A stretch of DNA of 62,068 bases, filler included, from Circinaria calcarea (GCA_051942165.1; 29 parts of 29 records of this genome joined end to end with filler, not necessarily neighbours in it); one strand, 5' to 3'. Counted from the whole stretch's first letter, positions 25,199 through 38,657 are shown. Made by a program: numbers and translations. The notes: a model not told the origin generated them from the sequence alone.

Positions 25199-25613
25199 AT
25201 GAAATCCGCTCTCATCTTCACCCTCTCCCTCCTCTCCCTCCTCTCCTCCGCCGAACCCATCCCTCCAAAGGGCGACGGCAAAGGCAACGGCGCCAGCGAG
25301 GTGCAAGGAAAAGCCTGGGACTGCTTCGAGTGCAGCATGCAGTGCGCGGCGGTAATTCTCGGTTGCACGCTGGCTTGCGTCCCGAGTCTGGAGCTGTGCG
25401 GTGTAAGTATCTGGACATTCTTTGCTCCGTCTGGTGTGTATGCGAATGACTCATTCCTTTCTCTTCCAGATTTGTGTTGCAGGTGCAGGAGGATCGGGGG
25501 CTTGTATCCACTGTGTGCCGCGCTGTCATGGCAAGGGGCTTATGGCCCCGCATCGCTTGCCTGGCCGGTATCGCTTCCCTGGCCCGCCTGGTCCGCCTGG
25601 TCCGCTTCGTTAA
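25199..25613 (+). CDS. Small secreted 10-cysteine protein (115 aa after splicing intron 25403-25469)
   Basis: Signal peptide. A GTAAGT...TTCCAG intron joins ..ELCG to ICVAGAGGSGACIHCVPRC in frame. Ends GPPGPPGPLR*. Confidence 0.8.
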
Positions 25614-25792
25614 TGGGGAGGGTTCCAACAGGGGGAGGTCTGCGGGAGAGGTTAGGGGTAAAGGAAGGTTAAGAAGACAATGTAATATAGGGNNNNNNNN
25701 NNNNNNNNNNNNNNNNNNNNNNNNNNNNNNNNNNNNTTAATTAATTAANNNNNNNNNNNNNNNNNNNNNNNNNNNNNNNNNNNNNNNNNNNN

Positions 25793-27319
25793 GAAACAGC
25801 CTGCTTTGTGCATGACCTCCTCGACAAGGAGCGCAAGTCGCGCAAGTCCAATCGCTCCGAGGAGGTTGAAAGTCTCTGGGACCATGACGAGCAAGACAAG
25901 GCCCCGGACGATCATGATCGCACTACCCACTCAAGATTGCTTACGAAGAAGCAGCTCTCGGATATGGCCCGGGGTGTCCGGGAGCTATCGAAGAAGTTGG
26001 GCAGCATCCGCTTGAAGCTAAAGGTGAAGACGGTATTCATCTTGACAAAGGCACATGACGAGGACCTGATCGGGTATACCAGAGGGGTTGCGGAATGGTT
26101 ACTTTCCAAGGAACGAGACACGCCTTATACGGTGTACGCTGAGGCTCAAGAACGTCGCTGATACCGGATGCTAATGGGCCGCGCAGCTATGTTGAGAATA
26201 CCCTCGAGCACAACCACAGATTCAATGCCAAAGGCCTTTTGGCCCAGGATCCATCGTACAACACCCGGCTAAAGTATTGGACGAATGAGCTCTGTGCTCT
26301 GCACCCGCAAGTATTTGACTTTGTCATTACTGTAAGTACTTCACGGCCGGGCGGAGCACGAATTAAAGACTGATTGTATTATTCAAAGCTTGGAGGTGAT
26401 GGCACCGTACTCTATGCGAGCTGGCTATTCCAGCGGGTCGTTCCACCAGTTCTTTCCTTTGCACTCGGTTCCCTTGGCTTTCTCACCAAGTTCGATTATC
26501 GAAACTTTGAAAATACCCTGACGAGTGCCTTTCGAGACGGCATCACAGTAAGCCTGCGGTTACGGTTCGAAGGAACTGTGATGCGGAGCCAGAGCCGGGA
26601 GAACCGTGCTGGCAAAGATCTCGTCGAGCAATTAATCGGCGAGGAGAGCGACAACAACTATACGCACAAACCGGATGGCACATACGAAATCCTCAATGAT
26701 ATCGTAGTCGACAGAGGTCCTAACCCCAGTAAGTCCCCTTGGAAAACCTGATTCGATTTTGTGCTCCATCTATCTGTCCAAGATTCACAGGCATAATCTT
26801 GCGCATAAATAGCTAACTTCACCTCCTCTACCAGCCATGTCCGCCATTGAAATCTTTGGCGACGATGAACACTTCACTACTGTCCAAGCAGACGGTATCT
26901 GCGTCGCCACTCCCACGGGCTCCACAGCATACAACCTCGCCGCCGGCGGTTCCCTCTGCCATCCCGAAAACCCCGTCATCCTCGTCACCGCCATTTGCGC
27001 GCACACGCTCTCTTTTCGACCCATCATCCTACCCGACACCATTGTGCTGCGAGTCGGCGTCCCTTACGACGCGCGCACGAGCTCCTGGGCCAGTTTCGAT
27101 GGCCGGGAGCGCGTGGAGCTGTGCCCGGGCGATTATGTCACCATCAGCGCGAGCCGGTATCCGTTTGCGAATGTGTTACCCGAGGGAAGGCGCAGTGAGG
27201 ATTGGGTGACTAGTATCTCGCGGACGTTGAATTGGAATAGCCGGCAGCGGCAGAAGGGGTTTAAAGAGTGGCAGGAGAGGGAGTTTGAGCATGAGAAGAC
27301 GAAGGGGGAACAGGGGTGA
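25793..27319 (+). CDS. ATP-NAD kinase (Utr1/Yef1-like), 5' partial, 3 introns
   Basis: GGDGT, LGSLGFLT, LNDIVVDRG, ADGICVATPTGSTAY and LSFRP motifs. Confidence 0.95.
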
Positions 27320-27937
27320 AGTCGGGTTGATTTAATTGAGTAGATAGATGAGTGTGAAATAGATGAAGGTGAATAGAAAACCAGAAACTATTTGTACATA
27401 TAATCCTCTTTAAACTTTTTTAATTAAAAAATTTCCCAATATTTAAAAACCCAAGTCCGAAGTTGGAACGCCTTATTCTCCAAATATCCATCCACATGTA
27501 CATCTGTAAGGTATCCCCTTTTCCCCCTTTATCTCACCCCTCTATCCCGAGCACTTTTCCCCTCTCTACTCGATCGACTCGACTCTTTTTCTTTTCCTTT
27601 CCCTTTCCTAAAATCTATTCTGTTCTATTTCTATTCTATTCTAATCCCCCCCCCCCCTTTTTTTTTTCCTTTTTTTGGTTTTTCCAACCAAAAAATTCAA
27701 ATAATAATAAAACGAAAAAGGAAAGAGGAAAGAGGAAAAGGAGAAGGAAAAGGAAAAGGAGAAGATTAAGATTAAGATTAAGTATCTCGTGGAGAAAGAA
27801 TGGGCATTGGGCCTTAAGAGTTGGGTAGGGGGAAGGGNNNNNNNNNNNNNNNNNNNNNNNNNNNNNNNNNNNNNNNNNNNNTTAATTAATTAANNNNNNN
27901 NNNNNNNNNNNNNNNNNNNNNNNNNNNNNNNNNNNNN

Positions 27938-29658
27938 CCAAACTGTACTTCTTCGCCATATTTGCGGCATTCATGTGTGTTCTAGCTAATTTGATGGGAC
28001 CGGCCACCGCAGTATTGGTGCTACCCACTCTCCAATGGAAGGATATCCCTCATCAGCTTGACTCACAGTTCGATTCACTAGGTTCAGGGAGCCCACCGGT
28101 GGGAGACTCGGTGTTTTCTGGTTGCAATGCTACAGCAATATCGGCCGGAAACTATTCTTGCACATCGGCTGTATACGGCCCAATGTTAGACAACTGGATC
28201 GCATCGGGAATCGCGAATCTAAGGCAAGGGGAAACGAACAACTACTTCCGGGTTGGAAGTGGGATCTCCCAGGAACGTTCAGTAGCCTTTACGCTCAATA
28301 CCTCATCTGACAGCAGGTACGACTTGGTCTGGGTTCCGAATCGACAAGTGTTGCGTGACTTGTCTTTGGACCTCGAGAATTTTGCCAATGTCACTCAAGG
28401 GATAACCTTCAACCCGGCCTACGCTCCTTACAATAACTCTTTGCAAACGGTTCTGAAACGACAAGGTCCTATCATTGGTGTATCTGGTAATATATTATCA
28501 TGGGGCGACGTAGCGAACGTCACAACCGTTTCAGATGATCAACAGATCCGCTGTTATTCGCGGTGGTACCCATTGTCATCGAATTCAAGTGACTATTACA
28601 ACAAATGCTATCGCCTGGGTTTGGGATGGAACAAGATCGATACCTCTTCCCGTTTCTCTATCAGTGCCGGCAATGCCTCTACCAACGACATAGATGTCCT
28701 CACTTTCTTTTCGGACAAGGCCACCTACTTTAACGAAAACACAACCTTCGGTACACCTGCAGCATGTCTGGCGAATGGCACAGCGCCGAGTGACGGTAGT
28801 TGTGACTGGGATAGTATCTTTTCCGCGGACTTGCCGATCGATCTGAAAAATTCGTCAACGAACAATTTGGTCATGCAGTTTTCAATGCCGAAGTCGAAGT
28901 ATCCCGGCCTGACGTGGGTAGTAGAATTCAACGCATATCTCGACTTTTCGGTTTACTCTGTTGATACCTCTCTGAGCTCCAATCCTTTATTGCTAGCGCA
29001 AGTGGACAACCTTGCGAAGGATCAGATGGAGCTGGAACACAACGAACCCCTTGTCATCAACCCCAATTGGATATTAGCTGCCTGGTCAGTAGACCGTCGT
29101 GGAGTTCTTCCTAGTGACAGGGTGGCCGCCACCGAGCTCGTGCAGATTATGACCACACTATATGCCGATTCTATCTCGAATTCTCTTAGTGTTGACGAGT
29201 GGGCTATCCAGCTTGTGTATTTGTTGTACTTTACCAGGCTCTCCGTTGGGCAATCCATGTCTATGGTCAACTATTATTCCGGTCCGGCTCCTTCGAATCC
29301 TTCCACGGACACTATCAAGGATCCTTCGAACCCGATCTTCACGCACTATGCCACTGTCCATGTCTGGGCTTACGGACTCAGTGGACGCACCTCTTATTTG
29401 GGCATTGCGGTTGTCCTTGCAGGCATCGCGTGCGTACTTCTAAGGACGGTGCTCAGTCTCCTCTCAGGCTTGCACGAACGTTCCACGGTTGAGATTGTCG
29501 TTGCTGCCCTCGAACATCGCCCACAGGGCGAATTTGATGGATTGGACCATGAAAACCATATGGCGAAAGTCAGATATGAGATCATCGAAAACCATCAGGA
29601 GAAGCTCAAGTTTGTGCCCGAGGCAAGATATCACGGTGTTGCCAGTGTTATTGCGTGA
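27938..29658 (+). CDS. Uncharacterised membrane glycoprotein, 5' partial
   Basis: Open frame of more than 560 aa with an N-terminal TM segment, many N-x-S/T sequons and a C-terminal TM segment. Confidence 0.8.
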
Positions 29659-30082
29659 TACGCGATTGGATTCCAATCAGTTTTTTAATGACCGCTGGAG
29701 GGTGTTTCCAGTGTTAATACGGCAGGATCCAACGAGCTGTTTTGGGTATTGTCATTTCTTTCTGATTTCCTAGGGTAATTTTCGCGCGGAGGAGGACTCG
29801 CGCATGTTAGGCTCTACCGGTTAAAATACACCCAGGGCCGGCTAATGTGCCTGATGATGGATGGATGATATCTTTGGACAAACGGGAAGAAAGCGGACTA
29901 TTTTTTCGGAAATATTTTCGGGTTTTTTCAGATATCGCTACAATGTTTAAATTAGCAAACAGCCTAGACAGACCCTTTTTAANNNNNNNNNNNNNNNNNN
30001 NNNNNNNNNNNNNNNNNNNNNNNNNNTTAATTAATTAANNNNNNNNNNNNNNNNNNNNNNNNNNNNNNNNNNNNNNNNNNNN

Positions 30083-30385
30083 TTCCAGAACAGGATAGCA
30101 GTTCTTCATCTCGATCTCGTATACTGTGCATTGGCTGTAATGGAAATTCACTATACTCGATTTTTGGCCCAAGATTCGATTAGCGTATTGATGCCACCAG
30201 GCGGGGATAAGTGGTAGTGATGACATGTCCGAGTCATGCACGGGATTGTTTGTAAGCGGTATAATATCCCAAGTCAATCTATCGAAGTTGTGATATATAG
30301 GTAATATATGCGTTTCCCAGGCTCGGCGTATTGCCGGCGCAGCTTGGATTTGGAGAGGTGATGCTGCGGCATCTTCTTGCTCCAT
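30083..30385 (-). CDS. Hypothetical protein, 3' partial, divergent from NDK1
   Basis: ATG ORF open to the contig end. No recognised motif. Confidence 0.4.
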
Positions 30386-30877
30386 TATTGGTTACCAACA
30401 AAGATTCTGTTGTGCGGCCCTAAAGTGTCCATGTATAAGTCTTTACTTGTCTTCGGGGGAGGCAGGCGAAGCTGATGGTCAATTCATTGCTTCATACTAT
30501 TGTAGAGCTCCCCACGGCGGCTGAACATTGCTTTTGTCCTACCTATTGGAAAAAGGTACGACGAGCTATAATTCAGGCCGCCACGAGATTTATATTCAGC
30601 CTCGCGCAAAGCCTCGTCCGAAGTAGGTAGGTACATGGAGCTTGGCAATCGAGGGGAATCTGCACGCTAGTGTAAACCTTCACGATTAAGCGAAAAAGCG
30701 CCCCCCACTAAGGGTAAGAATGCACTACATAAAATCTGCAATGCCAACTCACCAATGGCTGAGCCAACCCACGACTCTTCAGATCCTACCATATATAAAT
30801 ACCTGAACGCCAAAACCCGAGGACTCCTCCGACAGACACAGAACGCTAGAGACGAAGAAGAACGAAAGTCAGCCAAC

Positions 30878-31764
30878 ATGAGTGCTGACGAACAAACGTG
30901 AGTTCCGTTGGGGGGAGGCTTTGGGTTCTGGGCGAGGAGCTGAAAGTTGAGACAGCTTCATTGCAATCAAGCCCGATGGCATTGCGGTGAGTCAACTGGG
31001 CAGTGCAGACCTCAATTGAACACCCCAAACCACACAAGAGCCTACTCGGCTAATACTTGCAACAGCGTGGACTCGTCGGCGAGATCACCTCCAAATTCGA
31101 AAAACGCGGGTACGGGAAACCTCTCTCCTTTGTTCGCTCCCTCTCAGCCTACCAAACATTCCTAACACTACCCCGCAGTTACAAGATCGTGGGCCAGAAG
31201 CTCGTTAGCCCTACCAAGGAGCTTCTCGAAAAGCACTACGAGGACCTCGCCGACAAGCCCTTTTACAATGGCCTCATCACCTGTACGCTCTAGATAACCC
31301 TCTCCTCTCCCTCTCCGGACCTCAGTTGGCTAATGACGTCTGGGAATCAGACATGCTCAGCGGGCCCATCAGCGCCATGGTTTGGGAAGGCCTTGACGCT
31401 GTCAAAGCGGGCCGCGGTACGCCATCCCCCATTCTCTTTACCTTGCCCGTTCCGACTCCATCGTTCCTTACAGTGACTGACACCCCGATTCCTACAGTCA
31501 TCCTCGGGCCCACCAACCCCCTAGCCGCCGCCCCCGGTACCATTCGCGGAGACTACGCTATCGTACGTGCCTTTCCACAATCCCCCTTATACACCCCTGC
31601 AAACAGCTAACAACGCACCCCACACGCAGGACGTCGGCCGCAACGTCTGCCACGGCTCCGACAGCGTCGAAAGTGCGAAGAAGGAAATCGCCCTCTGGTT
31701 CGCAAAGGGCGAGGTCCTGTCCTACAAGGCTGCGAACGTTGATTTGATCTACGCAAAGTCGTAG
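30878..31764 (+). CDS. NDK1: Nucleoside diphosphate kinase (7 exons)
   Basis: [47 protein letters not shown] and [10 protein letters not shown]. Six GT-AG introns restore the frame. Confidence 0.96.
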
Positions 31765-32090
31765 ATTCTGGCTTCCCCTTCGTAAGATAGAAGTGGTGAT
31801 GGATGATTTGATGGACGATTGATGGGAAATCCATGGTCGGGAATAGATTAGAACAAGGGTACCTCTTTACTCCAATAGGCGTAGATATCGATTGCAAAAA
31901 AAAAATTGCTTTAGTTGCCGACGACGCATTCTATACTTTATGAGGGGGACCCTTTTGGGCTTTATAGAAAAAGAATTTGATATGCGGTAGATTGACCGTC
32001 ATGATTTGCAATGATACCAGCCAGCCAGCTCCGTGAACTTGCCTGGTTTTTTCCTAACTCGTTGAATGATTTATTAAACTCCATTGATCA

Positions 32091-32092
<2 letters not shown>

Positions 32093-32126
<34 letters not shown>
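32093..32126. repeat. (CT)n microsatellite at the contig end
   Basis: Direct reading. Confidence 0.95.
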
Positions 32127-32226
32127 NNNNNNNNNNNNNNNNNNNNNNNNNNNNNNNNNNNNNNNNNNNNTTAATTAATTAANNNNNNNNNNNNNNNNNN
32201 NNNNNNNNNNNNNNNNNNNNNNNNNN

Positions 32227-32704
32227 GCGGTTGTCATGAAGGAAGGATCCAGGACTCTTACAATGCAGACAGATATACGATCCCTAAAGCTCCCGGCTTA
32301 GGCTTGCTTCTTGAACGACCGGTGTTTGATACGTACAATCAACGGTTGAAGAATGATCAGAGCGAGAAGTTACCAATTGATTTCAGGAAGTACGAGAAGG
32401 AAATGGAGGAATTCAAACAAAGGGAAATCTATGAGAGGATTTTCCGAGAAGAAGAGCATGACAACCAGTGTGTTAATCCAAGTTCTTTTCTACCTCCTGT
32501 CATCAAACTGACTCTTACAGATTTCACACCTTGTTCGCCATGCATGACAACCTGAAGACGTCGCAGCTGCTATATTTATCGTCCGTCGGCTTCGCAGCGA
32601 CGAAGAAGGTCATAGTAAATGAGGATGCAAGTACTCAGGCCGACCCACGAGCTACTTTGGACGATGCTTCGTCCGAGGATGATGCCAATCCGGAAGATGG
32701 ATAA
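32227..32704 (+). CDS. PUS1: tRNA pseudouridine synthase 1 C-terminus, 5' partial
   Basis: IPKAPGLGLLLERPVFDTYN..IDF..YEKEMEEFKQREIYERIFREE. Intron at ~32469-32520. Confidence 0.88.
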
Positions 32705-33958
32705 GAGTGCGCGAATGGAGAGTGAAAAAAAAGTTTGTCACAGCACAAGAATCTACATCCTCGATGATGGCTGTAAGTACTTCTTAGCTTGTGGAAAGAG
32801 CCTGGAATCACAGCATCCATGGTAGCGTAGCTCACTCTAGAACTCTATTATCGAATAAAGGTGCTGTGAATCTTCGTGCCTGCCGTCCATGGTTATTGTT
32901 GACTCGGCGTAAACTCATAGATCAAGGCCGGCCCGAAGCCAATCTCGAGTGGTCAAGAATGATAATGTCCAGAATTGTCTTGTTTATCCGCCAAAGGCGC
33001 TCAACTAAGAACAGACTATGTATTGAGCCGACAACCCGGTCGCATGGCCTGTTGGAACACTAACCCGCTTTTGTCGTCCAAGAGATCGAGAGGCGTCCAA
33101 GAGTGATTCTGGCGTAGGTAGTCACGCGGGTGACAGAAAAAATGCGACAGAGCCCCATAACTCCTTAGCGACATTTCCCCCCAAGCTTAGCGATAATCCC
33201 CACTAATGTTAGTGCTAGATATCCCTAAGCTATGGATGGGTTGTGTCGCAATTTTTCTGTCACCCGCGTGGTAGTCATCAAATCTACTATGGTAGAACTT
33301 TCCGGTCATTTCCCCGGAATCCTGGGGAAGGTGGGGTACACTACCTAGCCTAGCAGATCTGGGGGTGAAAAGGGGAGCAAGTCGATAAGGCGAAGCATGC
33401 ATTAGCTCCAGATATTCTCGAGTCTGGAACCTACCACATCGAAATGGCAAAGTATAGAGGTAAACTTATAGGTAGCTGATTCGCCCCTGGTATGACTTCA
33501 ATAGCCCTTCGACGGCGTCTTCCGCTGAGAATGCCAAGACACGAATGGTAGGCGCTTTCCCTGTCCTGTGCTTACGGGCTTCGAATTCTCAGCCTCTTTC
33601 CCAATTTAAACAGCATCCTTTGTCAATAGTAAAGTCATACTGAAATCTGAATATGGGCCTACCCCTTACAGGCAGAACGAACCATAGCTATAAAGCTAGG
33701 ATTGGCCAAGCTGGATTGGCACGGCTCTGAGCTTGAGCGCCTCTTCCTTTTTTCATCACATTTGAGGATATAATTTTCACTATGACCGCTTGGAATGCCA
33801 GCTACTACAGATAGTAGTGGATATAAACCCTCTCTATTTCCTTCTCCGCGCTCGAGCGTCTTCGATGATCCAAGTATATAGGAAGTCAGAGTGCTGGCAT
33901 TGTTGTAGATCTTTCACTTCTCTATGCCAGCCGTGAAGCTCTGATGTTCATCGTCAAG

Positions 33959-34270
33959 ATGCGATTGATATTTTTTACACTCGCCATCGGCTTAATTGCC
34001 ACCACAGTCGCTCAAGATAGAATACCGAGCCTTATCGAGCTCCTCAGCAGCCAGCAGAACCTGTCTGATTTCAGCGCTTTACTTACTTTGTACGGAGATG
34101 TATATGCGAATCTTTCTTCTCAGCCAAACATCACCATTTTTGCCCCGAGCAACGATGCTTTCGCAAAGTTGCCCTATCAGGTGCTAGGTCCCGCGTTTGC
34201 GACAAACAATAGCGATGCAATCCACGAGTTCCTCCAGTATCACGTATTACCGAATGTCTACCCTTCAGAC
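33959..34270 (+). CDS. Secreted fasciclin (FAS1) domain protein, 3' partial
   Basis: Signal peptide, ITIFAPSNDAF and LQYHVL. Confidence 0.9.
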
Positions 34271-34370
34271 NNNNNNNNNNNNNNNNNNNNNNNNNNNNNN
34301 NNNNNNNNNNNNNNTTAATTAATTAANNNNNNNNNNNNNNNNNNNNNNNNNNNNNNNNNNNNNNNNNNNN

Positions 34371-36414
34371 TACGATGATATCCTCGAAAAGCATGGAGGT
34401 GCGGGTGGCATTCCGGACCCGAAGCACCTCGAAGCTCTTGCCAACGATCTGAAGACACTGAGCTCATGGGCGGAGGTGAGAGGGCAAAATTGCGATAGTG
34501 GAATGCGTGAACTATCAGTCAGACGCAAGGAGAGAGAAGCCGAGGAACGTGATAGAGAGAAAGCAAACCGAGAAGCAGAAGAAAGGGAATCACGTAAACG
34601 AGCGGCCGAGGACGAGGAGGAAAGCAGGGCTCGGAAAGGCGGGAAGCTGAAGAAGCGGAAGGACCGAAGCTCTATTAGAGAGGAACGTCCTCTGACACAC
34701 GGCGCCCACGGTGTTGCGAGACAGGATGGGTTAGATTTAACTTCCAAAGGTACGTACATTTTTAATTCGTCGGAATCATTCGTTACGAAATCTCGGGGAA
34801 CCTTTTCCATGTCCGTGAATGCTGTACTTAGAGTGAAGGAATTCGCTTCACCTACATTCCTACCCGAGTTCTACCTGTTTCTAATTTACGTCCTTTCAAC
34901 ATTTCAACTTATTGAACATATTGAAACTCTAGAGTATTTTATAACTCTCCACACTCCATAGTGACGATGCTCCGAGAACACGGTCGTCCAAGATCCAGAT
35001 GGCGTCTTAGGACACATGCATAGGTCTATGCTGAGCTTCCTAGACCAAGATAACATGAAAGTGAGGGTCCATTTGCTAAGGATACTATAGCAAATTCCAT
35101 CAGTCCGAAATTACCAGAAGCACGACCAATCCAAGCCGTCGAACCTTCTCCCAGTAAGCAGAAGTCTAAAAACACTTCGGGCAGTTCGTCATCTTTATCC
35201 CCTACGTCTCAGGTACAGTCCCCAACTGTAACAACACACACTCGTGGTGTTGTTGAGCCATCTCGTGCCTCTCCATCACCGTCGACTAGTTCACTGGACT
35301 CACATCAGCCGTTACCAGCTCCAAGTATTATGCAACATCAAATCTTCGGTGCTGATCCGTTGACATTTGATGATCCCACTATTTACCATATCCGCGAGGT
35401 TACGGATGATATGACAGATGAGCAGAAGAAAGAGATCTACGGCGTCACTCAATTTCCTCATGACGATCTTAGCCATCTCATTGCTGGAGTGCCGCCAGAC
35501 AAGGATTTTAGTAATGCCAAACCTACTAATCAGGTTAATGCGAACACTTTCGCGGCCTACCTTGAACCATATGTGCGGCCGTTGGTGGAGGAGGATATGG
35601 CATTTCTTAGGGAGAGGGTAATATGAGATAATTCATTTACCGATAGCACTTTGCTGACTATCCTAGGGTGATCGTGTAATTCCGTTTCTGATGCCGCGGC
35701 GTGGAAAGAAACACTATACAGAGATCTGGGCCGAAGAAGATGGCTCACTTTCAGTCGATGTCCCTCCAAACGGTAGTGAGAATCTGCCACCGAATCAGCC
35801 ACGAGGTAGCCTCGAGCAACTGGACGACGATGTGACGGAGACCGATCAAATCTCAGCAGGACCTCTCCTCAATCGGCTCCTGTCGACTATGCGTCCTGAA
35901 CGCCGTGTTACAGTCAGCGAAGAGAAAGAAAAAGTCAACGGTGTAACCAATGGCACTGCCGAATCGTCTACAAACGGCCACCCCAACAGCGACATGAACG
36001 GTGACACCACTATAGAAGCCGTTGGAGATGAGAGTTCCGATCGCCTACCGGCTGCTACGTTCCTGCCCGAGTCTACATCTCAAGGCTGGAAAGTTCCCAC
36101 CCCCAGGCTAGACTACGCCCAATACGACGAACGCCTTAAGATGGAACTCCGGCATATTGGCTTTCTCCCACCTGACACCGAACCCGATTACGATGCTCAC
36201 TACGACGATGAAGTGGGTGAGCGTATCCGATTCTTACAAAGCGAGCTCAAGAAGCAGATGGTCATCAATGGGGCTCGCAAAGCACGTATCGCTCAGATAG
36301 CCGAGGAATACCTTGCTCACCAGGAATTCAGCAACATTGTCGCAGATCTCGACACTCAAGTGGATCAAGCCTATCTCAAGCGAAGTCGTACACTCGGCAA
36401 AGGAAAGAAAAACG
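34371..36414 (+). CDS. NGG1: SAGA/ADA adaptor Ngg1/Ada3, both ends partial
   Basis: [51 protein letters not shown] and [17 protein letters not shown]. Introns at 34750-35090 and ~35618-35666. Confidence 0.92.
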
Positions 36415-36514
36415 NNNNNNNNNNNNNNNNNNNNNNNNNNNNNNNNNNNNNNNNNNNNTTAATTAATTAANNNNNNNNNNNNNNNNNNNNNNNNNNNNNN
36501 NNNNNNNNNNNNNN

Positions 36515-37600
36515 CTGACCGCATACTGCTTTACCTTGTCGTCATTACTTCGTTGCTTAAGTATGTTGATTAGTTGCAAATTTTGCGGATTCGAACGAAT
36601 GCTGTGGATGACCGGGAATGAGAATTTTCCTTCAGTGAGGTCTTCACATAGACCCTTGTTATGTGTGTAATCGGTGCTGGAAAGATTCATGTAGTCATCA
36701 CGGATCTGAAAGATGAGGCCAATGAGGTTGACGAGGGGTACACAATCCCTGATGTAGAGGTCAGCTCATGCTAGGAACAGCCAAGGCAATGCACTTTTCC
36801 ACTTACTTGGTGCTTGCACTCTCGGCCTGCATGAGCTTCACGGCAAGTCTGAAAAGGCCACCGGTCTTGTTGCCAACCATTTCCAAGTAGTCCTCTTCGC
36901 TAGGGCATGTTAGTGTATCCCGCCAGAATAGATCCATGCCCTGGCCGCGATGCAGATTGCATAGCTCGTCGGTATAGATCTGGATAGATTTGGGATTATT
37001 CAACCGTAAAAGATCTTGTAGAGCACAAAAGTAAACATAGTTGGCAGAGTTGAGAGTCTGAGCTACTCCAAAGATGCTATGGGCAACGGGAACACCGCGA
37101 CGGAGGAGGGAGGAATCTTCAACATCGTCTACCCTATATACAAATGTAATCGATTAGCTCTGCTCATCCCCCCGGCGGCGTTTCACATACAATAACGAGG
37201 ATGTGTGCAACATCCCAACCACTTTGGTAATTATTGCCAGACTCTCCTCGGGAACCTTCAGCCATGTGTTAAAAGCGGTAATGAGTTGCTTTCGAATATC
37301 CTTGCCCGGCTGATCGAATAAATAATCGTAAGGCCCAAGCAGGATCTTCTCCTTTTCCGCTGACCATGCTGTCCCGTCCCCAGTTTGGGAATTGTTGCCC
37401 ATGGATTTGGGCGGATCTGGTCCCTGAGGGGATATAGGCGCTGCTGTAGTGTGAAGCCTCTGTTTTGGTGCTATCCAACTACCCTCCGAGACGGGTCGTA
37501 ATACTGGCTTTGTAGGCGGATGGAATCCGTTTGTAAGGCCGGTCGAGCTCGTCCGTGGAGGAATAGCATTTGGTGATCGGAAGCTTTCAGAACCCATCAT
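36515..37600 (-). CDS. BTS1: Geranylgeranyl diphosphate synthase, 3' partial
   Basis: [49 protein letters not shown] and [12 protein letters not shown]. Confidence 0.95.
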
Positions 37601-38276
37601 ATCCTCGTTTCGCTATGTCAATGCTGCCAAGTAAGGTAATCCGCGTGAAGTATACTAAATTAGGAAGTCTCGACTGGATGCTGTTAGACCAAGATGGGCA
37701 AGGTTGCTAAATGGTAGTGGTGAAGAAGATTAGAGTAGCAAGTCATACACACATATATGGCACGTAGCAAAAGCCTAGGAGTATGTATGAGATTGTTCAA
37801 GGCACCTTATCCAACTTAAATATGAACAGAGATCGCAAGTGTTGTGGAGTGGTATCCTGAATAAACCGCAGCCTTGATGCCTTAGTGCTTCCGCGGGGTA
37901 ATCACATGTACAAAGTCCTCCCACCCGGTCATCATCACCAGGCTAAGGCCATCATAGCGGTGAGTGACTATAGGCTTCCGTGCCAAACGATTGTGAGCAT
38001 GACACATTGTGCATGAACAGTCGGAGCCGCTACGACTGTTAAACAGCGGACGAACTTCTGTTAGCCACAGGGGGCCGTATAAGGCTTAGTGTCCGGGAAA
38101 CGGTCGCCGTCAACCGACCCCCAGGCCAACGGCTCTATTTACGGCGCAAGTTCGGAAATTTATTTCAATGCCCTGACCTAGCATCCTTTGCGACCTCGCA
38201 GACCCAACCAAGCACAATCGTCCCATCTGCTTCGTACGAACCTACGATTGCTTTCAATCGAAGCACATTCTCGATT

Positions 38277-38538
38277 ATGGAATCCCTCCTCTCTCTCTCC
38301 TTCGATTACCTCTCCTCCTTCGACGCCAACAAGATCCGCAAAGGCCTCCGCCAACTCGAAGGCCTCCTCGCCCAAATATGCCTCGCCAAATCCGGAATCT
38401 CACCATCGCCTGAAAAGCGACGATCAACAGCTGTAGGAGGCAACGGGAAAGAGCAGGCACCCAAGGAGTTGGCGCAATTGAAAGACGACCCGGCGTTCCG
38501 GGAGTTTTTCAAGTTGCAGGAGGGGTTCGAGTGGAATG
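38277..38538 (+). CDS. Septation-initiation-network Cdc14 (S. pombe-type, not the phosphatase), exon 1
   Basis: MESLLSLSFD.LSS.D..KIRKGLRQLEGLLAQICL..DPAFREFFKLQEGFEWN. Confidence 0.85.
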
Positions 38539-38657
38539 GTATGGGCGGAGAAGACCANNNNNNNNNNNNNNNNNNNNNNNNNNNNNNNNNNNNNNNNNNN
38601 NTTAATTAATTAANNNNNNNNNNNNNNNNNNNNNNNNNNNNNNNNNNNNNNNNNNNN

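Noticed and set aside
27463..27828. 121-aa Phe/Lys/Arg-rich ORF
   Set aside because: It derives from low-complexity pyrimidine and purine tracts in 3' flanking DNA.
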